20,000 bases of DNA, from the sequence record DRR723986_646; one strand, given 5' to 3'. The position numbers and the translations under genes were made by a program. The notes beneath the pieces are model-generated. The model had not been told where the DNA came from. It did no database searches and saw only the letters and a list, made by a program, of their open reading frames with translations. Positions 9,289 to 17,344 of the stretch are shown in pieces. How positions within the stretch are numbered: position 1 is the first letter of the stretch; each line of letters opens with the position of its first letter.

Positions 9289-9316
9289 TTGCCGAGCGGC
9301 CACACTTTGCTAGGCT
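9289..9316 (+). promoter_or_regulatory. Possible sigma70 promoter for metY
   Basis: TTGCCG (9289-9294), 16-nt spacer, TAGGCT (9311-9316) preceded by extended -10 TG, within the 81-nt egtD-metY gap. Pattern match only. Confidence 0.3.
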
Positions 9317-9355
9317 GCGGGAGATAATTCACTGCGTCTACTACACGGAAAGACT

Positions 9356-10630
9356 ATGAAACCTGAAACTATCGCACTGCATACCGGCTACGACGGTGAT
9401 CCAACCAGCCACGCGGCCACGACGCCGATTTACCAGACCACGTCCTTTACCTTCGATGATACGCAACACGGTGCGGACCTGTTCGACCTCAAGGTGCCGG
9501 GCAATATCTATAGCCGGATCATGAATCCCACCAATGCGGTGCTCGAGGCGCGCCTGGCCGCACTGGAAGGTGGCGTCGGTGCACTCTGTGTCGCCTCGGG
9601 TATGGCAGCGATCCGCTACTCAATCGAAGCGATAGCAGCGACGGGTGACAATATCGTCAGCACCTCGCAGTTGTATGGCGGTACCTATAACCTGTTCGCC
9701 CACACCTTCCCGCGCCAGGGCATCGAAACCCGTTTCACCAAGGCCGACGACTTCGAGCGAGCCCGCTCACTGATTGACGACAAGACCCGGGCGCTGTTCT
9801 GCGAATCGATCGGCAATCCGGCGGGCAATGTCGTTGACATCGAACGCTGGGCCGAGATCGCTCATGAGGCCGGCGTGCCGCTAATCGTGGACAACACCGT
9901 GGCCACGCCCTTCCTGTGCCGTGCTTTCGACTACGGCGCCGACATCGTCGTGCACTCCCTGACCAAGTACATCGGTGGGCACGGCACCACGATTGGCGGC
10001 GCTATCATCGATTCAGGAAAATTCGACTGGGCCGCTCACAGCGAGCGCTTCCCGATCATGAACACACCTGACCCTTCTTACCACGGAGTGGTCTATACCG
10101 AAGCCATGGGTGAGGCGGCATTCATCGGCCGCTGTCGAGTGGTGCCACTGCGCAACACCGGCGCTGCCATGTCCCCGCACAGCGCCTTCCTGCTGATGCA
10201 GGGTCTGGAAACCCTCGCGCTGCGCATGGAGCGCCACTGCGACAACGCGGAACAAGTGGCCGCATACCTCCAGGCACACCCGGCGGTCAACTGGGTAAAC
10301 TACGCCACGCTGCCGGACAGCCCGTACCAGGATACCTGCAAGCGGATTTGCGGCGGCCGCGCCTCGGGGATTCTCAGCTTCGGTATCGCCGGCGGCCGGG
10401 ACGCCGGCGCGAAGTTTATCGATGCGCTGCAACTTATCCTGCGCCTGGTAAACATCGGCGACGCCAAGTCACTGGCCTGTCACCCTGCCAGCACCACCCA
10501 TAGGCAGCTGAATCCGGAGGAGCTAGCCTCAGCTGGCGTCTCCGAGGACATGGTGCGTATCTCGGTGGGTATCGAGCATGTAGATGACATCATCGCCGAC
10601 ATTGAGCAGGCCCTAGCCGCCAGTCAGTAA
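9356..10630 (+). CDS. metY: O-acetylhomoserine aminocarboxypropyltransferase / (thiol)-lyase, PLP-dependent
   Basis: PIYQTTSF, GNIYSRIMNPT, ASGMAA, LYGGTYNLF, DNTVATP, PLP lysine HSLTKYIGGHG, PDPSYHG, NIGDAKSL..HPASTTH, RISVGIEH. Confidence 0.92.
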   Translation: MKPETIALHTGYDGDPTSHAATTPIYQTTSFTFDDTQHGADLFDLKVPGNIYSRIMNPTNAVLEARLAALEGGVGALCVASGMAAIRYSIEAIAATGDNIVSTSQLYGGTYNLFAHTFPRQGIETRFTKADDFERARSLIDDKTRALFCESIGNPAGNVVDIERWAEIAHEAGVPLIVDNTVATPFLCRAFDYGADIVVHSLTKYIGGHGTTIGGAIIDSGKFDWAAHSERFPIMNTPDPSYHGVVYTEAMGEAAFIGRCRVVPLRNTGAAMSPHSAFLLMQGLETLALRMERHCDNAEQVAAYLQAHPAVNWVNYATLPDSPYQDTCKRICGGRASGILSFGIAGGRDAGAKFIDALQLILRLVNIGDAKSLACHPASTTHRQLNPEELASAGVSEDMVRISVGIEHVDDIIADIEQALAASQ

Positions 10631-10641
10631 GGCAAACTTCC

Positions 10642-10663
10642 GGCGGCCGGTGACCCGGCCGCC
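10642..10663. terminator. GC-rich hairpin between convergent metY and the AOS-like/LOX gene
   Basis: Perfect 9-bp stem GGCGGCCGG-TGAC-CCGGCCGCC in the 48-nt gap between the two stops; no clear U-tract. Confidence 0.5.
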
Positions 10664-10678
10664 AGACCTGGCCCCCAA

Positions 10679-13351
10679 TCAGATGGCGATGCTTTCGCTG
10701 ATCTGCCGGGGGTCCATATACGGATAGGGAATCTCCAAGCCCCTGTTGCGCTCCTCGATCGAGTCGGAAATCTCCGCCAGCGCACTGCGGAAGCGGCTGA
10801 CCATCTGCCACATCTGCGGATTGCCGTGAAAATACGGCTTTTCGAAATCCCCCATCTGGTAACGCGTTGGCTGGCTCAGCAGGTAGACCATCTCCATCTG
10901 GGATTCGCATTTGGCATGATTGGGTAGCGCCGCCACAAAATCAGCCTCGGTCATCGGCTTCTTCTTGTCCCGGGGCCAGGGCTTGTACATTGATCCCGGT
11001 ACGTTGGGCGGATAACCGAACATCGCGTATTGCCCGTTATTCACGCTGGCGTGCTCCGCTGTGCAGGTGAAGATAACCCGCGTAATCACTGTCTTCAGCG
11101 ACTCGCGCAGGGTGACGGCGCCATCCTCAGGCAGCCCGCGCACCTTGCCCACAGCGGGATCGGCCAGTTCGCGGAACCAGGCCTGCAGCTCACTATCGCT
11201 AACTATCGCCTCATCCGAGGGATACCAGAAATCCACAACCTCGGAGACATAGTTGGCGACTGCCTGCCACACCAGCAGCCCATCATCGCGGTAGAAGTAC
11301 AGCGGCAGTTTCTTCTTGTTGTCGACACCGCGCCGCGCCAGGTCAGCCGGCAGGTCACACAGCGAGAAGTCCCACTTCCGATATTCTCGCTTCAACAGTT
11401 CCACGCTGCCGCTGGCGCCCAGTGACAAGGTCTTGTCGATCGGCCCGCCGGGGGCGAGCATGACATTGCGAGCAGAGCTGTTGATAGCCATCGTGGCATG
11501 AAAGTGCGGCACCAAAAGCTGGTACATCGGATGGCGCACATGCAGCTGGCGATGGGTCGCAACTGCGAAGGTCTCCATCACAAAATGGGTGCGTAGCAGG
11601 TGGGATGCCACCTCGTGAAAGGTCGCGTCCGCGGCCTGGACATAGGCTTTTACCGTGGTCCACAACCAGTAGGGATCTTTCGGCGTAAAAATCGGCGCCG
11701 AGGGACCCGGCTCCTGCTCAAGCTGCACCGCCAGCGGCAAGAGCTGTCCAAGGCCGTTGCAGTAGAACAAGGTTATCGGAACGGCGAGGTGGCCATTCTT
11801 GACGGCGATGCCGCCAATCGCCTGGTGGTCCAGTAGATACAGACTGCCACGTCGGGCTGCCTTGGCGAGAGTATCGCCCTCGTCGAGCAGGCCACTGACG
11901 ATGTCATTGGTGACCGGCAGCTTGTCCGGAATCTTGTCACAGCGTTCAATCAGCACCGGGTTGACCCCGTTGAGCCGCTGCCGACCAAACTCCAGATCGC
12001 TGCCAAAGCGCTTGCTAACCGCGGGCTTTTGCCACAGTGGATAGTGCCGATTGAAGTTTCTCAGCCCGTTGCGACGCTTGCCGAGTTCCTCCACGGTCGA
12101 GATGAAGGCGTTGAACACCCCATAGGCCATGGTCTTGATCATGCCGCGGCTCTTGGCGCGGGTGAACTCCTCGTTCCTGGGCAGATGCCGCGCGTGCGGC
12201 GGCGTGCCGTCGCCGGACTCCCACAGATAGATATCCTGCTTGGAGATCAGCTCGTCCGCACGCATTTCAGCTGACGAATCCTGCTCATCCTGGGGCAGGC
12301 AGATGCGCGGTACGCGGCTATGTCCCGCACAGCGGTCATCCTCCAGCGGCGGCAGTTGACCCCAGAGTTTATAGCCCTTCATGCGCGCCTTCTTCGCCCA
12401 ACCGTCCTTCGCCCTCAGGTAATTGATGGACGCGGGGTCGAAGATCGACGTGGCCTCGGGGATACTCATGTTCGGCGGGTGGTTACAGACGTCATACCAG
12501 GTCAGGTTGCCCTCCTCCGTCGGCATGACCTGGTCCACTTCGACTTCCGCCAGGTCGTGCCAGGGATGACTCTCATCTTTCCAGGCGACGCCGCAGTTCA
12601 GTATCTCCCGATCCTCTCCGGGATCCACGGCGTGAAACTGTGCTTGCAGGTGATATTTCACCGGCCCGTCCTCAAGACGGCGACGCAGCTCATCCTTGAG
12701 GAAATTTCGGGAGCGATCCTCGCCGGGCTTGGGTGCCTGCAGCCAGAATTCCTCCAGCTCTTGCTCATTGGGACGGCCACGATCGGGACCGCGGTCCCAG
12801 GGCGCCAGCTTGAATTTTATATACCAGTCCTTGCCATTTGAATCGCGGTAGCCCAGCGCGGTCTTACTGTGATAGTTCAACAGGGCAAAGGTGTCCGGAT
12901 AACAGATCGACTGGGTAATGCCCTCGGCCAGGCCAGGATTGGCATCGAGGTAAGGCTTGATGTGCTGCTCCCGACCCCGGATCGTGGCGATCATGAACTT
13001 CAGGAAATCCCAGGCGTGGGCAAACGGCCCGGCAGTTCCCGTATTCATCATGAGGTCGAACTTCGACTCGTGGTCGGTATCGGAGAACTTGAGGGAGGCA
13101 CTGCGCACTACCAGGCGCGCATCGTCAGCGAAGGACACCGATGCATGCCGAATCCGGCAGGGAAACTCCGAACCCGGGGTAAAGAATTCACAGGGCGGGA
13201 TGTCGAGCTCATCGATGATGCGAATCTTACCCTTGCAGACGATCCCGTTGTCGTGGGACATCCGCCGCCGGGTGACGAGCGAGTTAAACGCCACCAGCGC
13301 GATAATGCCGCCGGTCAGCAACCACAGTCCTAGCTTGCCTATCAGTCTCAT
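10679..13351 (-). CDS. Catalase-related (allene oxide synthase-like) domain fused to a non-heme iron lipoxygenase
   Basis: aa ~27-330 catalase-like: RRMSH33DNG, RIRHAS, DD.....RSASLKFSD, DLMMN103TG, YHS, Y.KFKL.P, YHLQAQ, W.DESHPWHDLA. aa ~350-890 LOX: FGRQRLNGVNP, W...KAYVQAAD...HE...H584LLRTH589, RQL...HP, YRDDG, D.ELQAW, H767ASVN771, C-terminal SIAI890. Confidence 0.92.
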   Translation of the reverse strand: MRLIGKLGLWLLTGGIIALVAFNSLVTRRRMSHDNGIVCKGKIRIIDELDIPPCEFFTPGSEFPCRIRHASVSFADDARLVVRSASLKFSDTDHESKFDLMMNTGTAGPFAHAWDFLKFMIATIRGREQHIKPYLDANPGLAEGITQSICYPDTFALLNYHSKTALGYRDSNGKDWYIKFKLAPWDRGPDRGRPNEQELEEFWLQAPKPGEDRSRNFLKDELRRRLEDGPVKYHLQAQFHAVDPGEDREILNCGVAWKDESHPWHDLAEVEVDQVMPTEEGNLTWYDVCNHPPNMSIPEATSIFDPASINYLRAKDGWAKKARMKGYKLWGQLPPLEDDRCAGHSRVPRICLPQDEQDSSAEMRADELISKQDIYLWESGDGTPPHARHLPRNEEFTRAKSRGMIKTMAYGVFNAFISTVEELGKRRNGLRNFNRHYPLWQKPAVSKRFGSDLEFGRQRLNGVNPVLIERCDKIPDKLPVTNDIVSGLLDEGDTLAKAARRGSLYLLDHQAIGGIAVKNGHLAVPITLFYCNGLGQLLPLAVQLEQEPGPSAPIFTPKDPYWLWTTVKAYVQAADATFHEVASHLLRTHFVMETFAVATHRQLHVRHPMYQLLVPHFHATMAINSSARNVMLAPGGPIDKTLSLGASGSVELLKREYRKWDFSLCDLPADLARRGVDNKKKLPLYFYRDDGLLVWQAVANYVSEVVDFWYPSDEAIVSDSELQAWFRELADPAVGKVRGLPEDGAVTLRESLKTVITRVIFTCTAEHASVNNGQYAMFGYPPNVPGSMYKPWPRDKKKPMTEADFVAALPNHAKCESQMEMVYLLSQPTRYQMGDFEKPYFHGNPQMWQMVSRFRSALAEISDSIEERNRGLEIPYPYMDPRQISESIAI

Positions 13352-13502
13352 TGCTCACAATCCCTGTAAAGTTACGGTCTGGTCAAAAAACCAGCGAGTT
13401 CGTCCTTCCGCCAGCTAAATGTAGTATTTGCTATGCAAGAAAGTTAGTCTTGATGCGGCTTTTGTACAAATTACCAAGGGCTATGGGCTCGAGGAATTGG
13501 CA

Positions 13503-15287
13503 ATGATGGGTTTCTGGCGTGAGATGCGTCGCCGGCATGTGTTCAGAATCGCGGGGGTCTACGTTGCGGTCGCCTGGGTTTTCATCGAGGTGCTGGCCAA
13601 CGTCCTGCCCATGTTCGAGGCGCCTGACTGGATAGCCAAGACGGTTACCCTGCTGCTGGTGTTGTGCTTCCCCGTTGCGCTGATCATCGCCTGGGCGTTC
13701 GAAGTAACGCCTGACGGCATCAAACGGGCCAGCGACTTGGAAGACCGCGGTGATCCCCTGCCCCCCGCCCTGCCCGATTACCTCATCCTCACCGCCTTGC
13801 TGGTCGTCATCGGCATGAGTGTGATGGACGGTGGAGGCGGTTCGTCCCAGAGCGAGCCCCGGAAGAAACAGGACGGTGAAGTGACCTCACTCGCCGTCAT
13901 GCCGTTTCTCGACTTCAGTGAGAACGCCGAGAATCAGTACCTGGGCAATGGCATCGCCGAAGCAGTGATGAATGCACTCGCCAAATCCGGCAACGTCCGC
14001 GTGGCGTCACGCACCTCTGCGTTTGCCAGCCAGAATCGCGACATGGACTCCAAGGCCATCGGCGAGAAGCTTGGCGTCAGCGACATACTGGAAGGCAGCA
14101 TACGGCGCCAGGCAGACCGACTGCGTCTCTCGGTCCAGCTGACCGATGTCGCGTCCGGTTACCAGATTTGGGCCGAGACCTACGACCGGGAGTTCAGCGA
14201 TATTTTCCAGATAGAGGAAGATCTGACCCGGGCTCTGGTAACTGCCCTCAGCGTCCCCCTGGCGCTGGATGAAGGCCCTATCGTCGATTCCGGCACCGAG
14301 GACGTTGAAGCCTATAACCTCAGTCTCGAGGGCCGCTACCTGTTCCGTTCACCAACCCAGGAAAACTTCCTGCGCGCGACCCAGCTTTTCCAGCGGGCTA
14401 TCGCGCTGGATCCGGACTTCTGGACCGCCCATGGTTATCTTGCCTTCTGTCTTGGCTATGCCAGCATCTACAGCAGTTACGCGCAGCAGGTTGTGAGCAC
14501 CTCGGTGTCTACCGAGCTCGCCCTGCGCAATGAACCGGGCAATGTCCCGGCAATGCTGATCCGCGGCTTTATGCTGCGCGACCTCGATGGGGCGTATCCG
14601 GATTATGACCGTGCCCTGCGCAGCGAGCGCGAGCGGGACCTCGCGCTGTATGTCTATCACAACGACTACCTTGCACCGCAGATGCGCAGCGAGGAGGCAC
14701 GCGAGCTGCTGATGACCGGGCTCGAAGAAGATCCCGACAGCATCCTGATCCTGCAACCGATGGCCATGCTGGAAAGCCGGGCCGGCAACTACACCCGCGC
14801 ACTCGACTATATCGCACGTGCAGGCAGGGCTGACGGAAGTGATTTTCTCGTGTCATCGGTACTGGGCGACGTCTACTACCGAATGAAAGATGCTGCCCGG
14901 CTGAAAAAGGTAGCCCAGGATTCCATCGACAGGATCGGCCACCAGAACGGGTTTATGACCCAGTACCTGATCCAGGCGCTCATCATGAGCGAGGAACTGG
15001 AGGCAGCCAGTGAGTTGCTCGAGCAGACCATCATCTGGCGCGATGAGGGCAGGCCATTTTCTGCAACCACCATCGGTCTCGGACTCGCAGGACTTGGGCG
15101 CAACCGGGAAGCAGCCCGCTGGCTGGTCCAGGCCGAGCGCGAGCGGGATTTCTGGCTGCTCTGGCACCTGAAGTCCGCGCTGGTTGATTTCCCGGCACTA
15201 GCCGCGGAGCCAATGATCGAGCAATTACTCGCCCGCCGGGGTCTCGATGACACCAGCATCGCGCAACGCAAGGCCCGGGGACACTAA
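13503..15287 (+). CDS. Membrane-anchored TolB-like (FlgO-type) domain + TPR-repeat protein
   Basis: N-terminus FWREMRRRHVFRIAGVY...W and FPVALIIAWAFEVTPDG with about 3 hydrophobic helices; SLAVMPF.DFS, Y...GIAE...N.L, VASRTSAF, ILEGSIRR...RLR..VQL, IWAETYDR; helical TPR-like C-terminus (AIALDPDF). GAGGA RBS before ATG 13503. Confidence 0.82.
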   Translation: MMGFWREMRRRHVFRIAGVYVAVAWVFIEVLANVLPMFEAPDWIAKTVTLLLVLCFPVALIIAWAFEVTPDGIKRASDLEDRGDPLPPALPDYLILTALLVVIGMSVMDGGGGSSQSEPRKKQDGEVTSLAVMPFLDFSENAENQYLGNGIAEAVMNALAKSGNVRVASRTSAFASQNRDMDSKAIGEKLGVSDILEGSIRRQADRLRLSVQLTDVASGYQIWAETYDREFSDIFQIEEDLTRALVTALSVPLALDEGPIVDSGTEDVEAYNLSLEGRYLFRSPTQENFLRATQLFQRAIALDPDFWTAHGYLAFCLGYASIYSSYAQQVVSTSVSTELALRNEPGNVPAMLIRGFMLRDLDGAYPDYDRALRSERERDLALYVYHNDYLAPQMRSEEARELLMTGLEEDPDSILILQPMAMLESRAGNYTRALDYIARAGRADGSDFLVSSVLGDVYYRMKDAARLKKVAQDSIDRIGHQNGFMTQYLIQALIMSEELEAASELLEQTIIWRDEGRPFSATTIGLGLAGLGRNREAARWLVQAERERDFWLLWHLKSALVDFPALAAEPMIEQLLARRGLDDTSIAQRKARGH

Positions 15288-15295
15288 TCATATCC

Positions 15296-15928
15296 ATGAA
15301 TACTGACAACTCTGGTACGCCAGGGCAGCAATCCCTGTTTGTCTCGACCCGCGCAGAACATATCGGACCATCGGTACCGCGACGCGGCAACGCTGTTACC
15401 GCGTGGCTGGCTGGCGCCCTGCTGCGTCTGGCGGGTTGGCGGGTGATAGGCGTGGTCACCGATGCCCCGAGCTTCATCATTATTGGCGCACCCCACACCT
15501 CCAACTGGGATTTCATCCTGGTCATGTTGACCGCCGCCCAGTGCAAGGTTCGGGTTTCGTGGATGGGTAAACACACGCTGTTCACCGGCCTCAAGGGCAA
15601 GCTGCTGCGCTGGCTCGGCGGGGTACCGATCAACCGTGGCGCTGCCCAGGGTATTGTCGGCGATACGGTAGCGGCCTTCCGGGAAGCCGAGAAGCTGGTG
15701 CTGTGCATCACCCCCGAGGGAACGCGCAGCGGCGACGCCAGCTGGAAGTCGGGCTTTCACCGGATCGCGCGGGAGGCGCAGCTACCGATCCTGCTGGCCG
15801 CCTTCGACTACGGCAACAAGGTAGTCTGGCTGGGTCCGACCGTCGAGGCGGGAGAGGATTACGAGGCAGACCTCGCACTCATCCAGGCAAACTATGCCGG
15901 GATAGAGGGCAAGGCCGGGCAGAGCTGA
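15296..15928 (+). CDS. PlsC-type 1-acyl-sn-glycerol-3-phosphate / lysophospholipid acyltransferase family protein
   Basis: Catalytic HX4D (PHTSNWD), GGVPINR, PEGTRS and WKSGF..IA; 8 nt downstream of the TPR gene. Confidence 0.88.
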   Translation: MNTDNSGTPGQQSLFVSTRAEHIGPSVPRRGNAVTAWLAGALLRLAGWRVIGVVTDAPSFIIIGAPHTSNWDFILVMLTAAQCKVRVSWMGKHTLFTGLKGKLLRWLGGVPINRGAAQGIVGDTVAAFREAEKLVLCITPEGTRSGDASWKSGFHRIAREAQLPILLAAFDYGNKVVWLGPTVEAGEDYEADLALIQANYAGIEGKAGQS

Positions 15929-15944
15929 AACCGGGTCGCTGAAT

Positions 15945-16739
15945 CTAGTCCAGTAATTCCGGCTGCTCGGCAACAATCACATCATAAAGAGGCTGGAAAC
16001 TGAACCAGCCGGCCAAGTGCGAACCCACCGTCTCGCGGGTACTGGCCGCGTGCTGGGGGTCGATCAGCACCGGTTTGCCGACGGCCTCTGCCATCAGCTG
16101 TGCCTGGCAGCTGCGCTCCATGGTTACGAACCACCAGGCCGCCTCGTCCACGGTCTGGCCGACGGTGAGTAGCCCGTGATTCTGCAGAATGGCAGCCTTT
16201 TTGTCCCCCAGGGCTGCGGCAATGCGCTCACCCTCGCTGTTGTCCAGTACCACACCGGTGAAATCGTCGAACAGCACATGGTCTTGATAAAACGCGCAGG
16301 CGTCCTGGGTAATCGGATCCAGCAGGCGACCCAGGGATGACCAGGTCTTGCCGTAGACTGAATGGGAATGGGCCGCAGCGGTGACTTCCGGGTGGGCCAT
16401 GTGAATCTGTGAGTGGATGGTAAAGGCGGCGCCGTTAAGCAGCCCCTCTCCCTCGACCACCTCACCTTTGTGGTTCACCAGCAGCAGGTCAGACACCCTC
16501 ATCTGCTTGAAGGAACGGCCCATGGGATTGACCCAGAAATGATCGTGGTGCTCCGGGTCACGTACCGTGATGTGACCGGCGACGCCCTCGTCAAAGCCGA
16601 ACTTGCCGAACACCCGCAGGCTCGCGGCAAGCCGTTGCCGCCGGTGCAACCGCTCTGCCGCGACATCGTCCAGCGCTTTCGGGTTCATCGAATCGCCGGC
16701 GCCCTGGTTCATTACGATACTGTTGGCTGTCTGTCCCAT
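15945..16739 (-). CDS. Class II aldolase/adducin family protein
   Basis: GFDEGVAGHITVRDPE, FWVNP, AAFTIHSQIH, metal-binding HSHS and LQNHGLLTVG; GGAG RBS upstream of ATG 16739. Confidence 0.9.
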   Translation of the reverse strand: MGQTANSIVMNQGAGDSMNPKALDDVAAERLHRRQRLAASLRVFGKFGFDEGVAGHITVRDPEHHDHFWVNPMGRSFKQMRVSDLLLVNHKGEVVEGEGLLNGAAFTIHSQIHMAHPEVTAAAHSHSVYGKTWSSLGRLLDPITQDACAFYQDHVLFDDFTGVVLDNSEGERIAAALGDKKAAILQNHGLLTVGQTVDEAAWWFVTMERSCQAQLMAEAVGKPVLIDPQHAASTRETVGSHLAGWFSFQPLYDVIVAEQPELLD

Positions 16740-16816
16740 GGTTTTTCTCCACTGCGTTGCCTGACTTAAATACTATAGTCCAAACCCTGCTTACCGGGCG
16801 CCTTCGAGGCTGCGGT

Positions 16817-17344
16817 TCAGCTACCCGCGCTGCGCATCAATGCCGGAAAGTCGGGTACGATTTTGCCATCGGCGGTCAGCTGCTCGACGTAGTCGACCAG
16901 CACCGGTCCCATTCGGGGTACTACCTCTTCCGGCCGCAGGGGTTCGCCGCAGCCGCTGCAGGTGAGCACCGGGTGGGTCTGCTGGCCGCATTTCTGGTGC
17001 ACATACTCCACCGGCGCACCCTGGCCATCATCCATCCAGTCGTCGCCCCAGCGAGCCAGGGTCATCAGCACCGGATACAGCGCCAGGCCCTTGCGGGTTA
17101 GCCGGTACTCGTAGCGCACCGGCCGATCATGATACGGCACCTTGGTCAGCACCCCCTGCTCCACCAGCTTGGACAGACGCTCGGAGAGGCGGTGCCGGGT
17201 AATACCCAGGTTGTGCTGGAACTTGTCGAAGCGCCTGGTACCCATGAATGCGTCGCGCAGGATGAGCAGCGTCCAGCGCTCCCCGACGACGGAAAGGGCC
17301 CGGGCCACAGAGCAAACCTGCTGATCGATTTCGTCCCACTTCAT
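16817..17344 (-). CDS. HxlR-family winged-helix transcriptional regulator
   Basis: CSVARALSVVGERWTLLILRDAF.G.RRF, LSERL..LV..G, RYEYRLT.KG..L.PV...L..WGD, plus C-terminal H..CG...C..CG. Alternative start at 17353. Confidence 0.9.
   Translation of the reverse strand: MKWDEIDQQVCSVARALSVVGERWTLLILRDAFMGTRRFDKFQHNLGITRHRLSERLSKLVEQGVLTKVPYHDRPVRYEYRLTRKGLALYPVLMTLARWGDDWMDDGQGAPVEYVHQKCGQQTHPVLTCSGCGEPLRPEEVVPRMGPVLVDYVEQLTADGKIVPDFPALMRSAGS

Noticed and set aside
13503-15287. Adenylate cyclase or true TolB annotation
   Set aside because: No cyclase catalytic domain or beta-propeller is visible; only membrane helices, the TolB-like N-domain and TPR-like helices.
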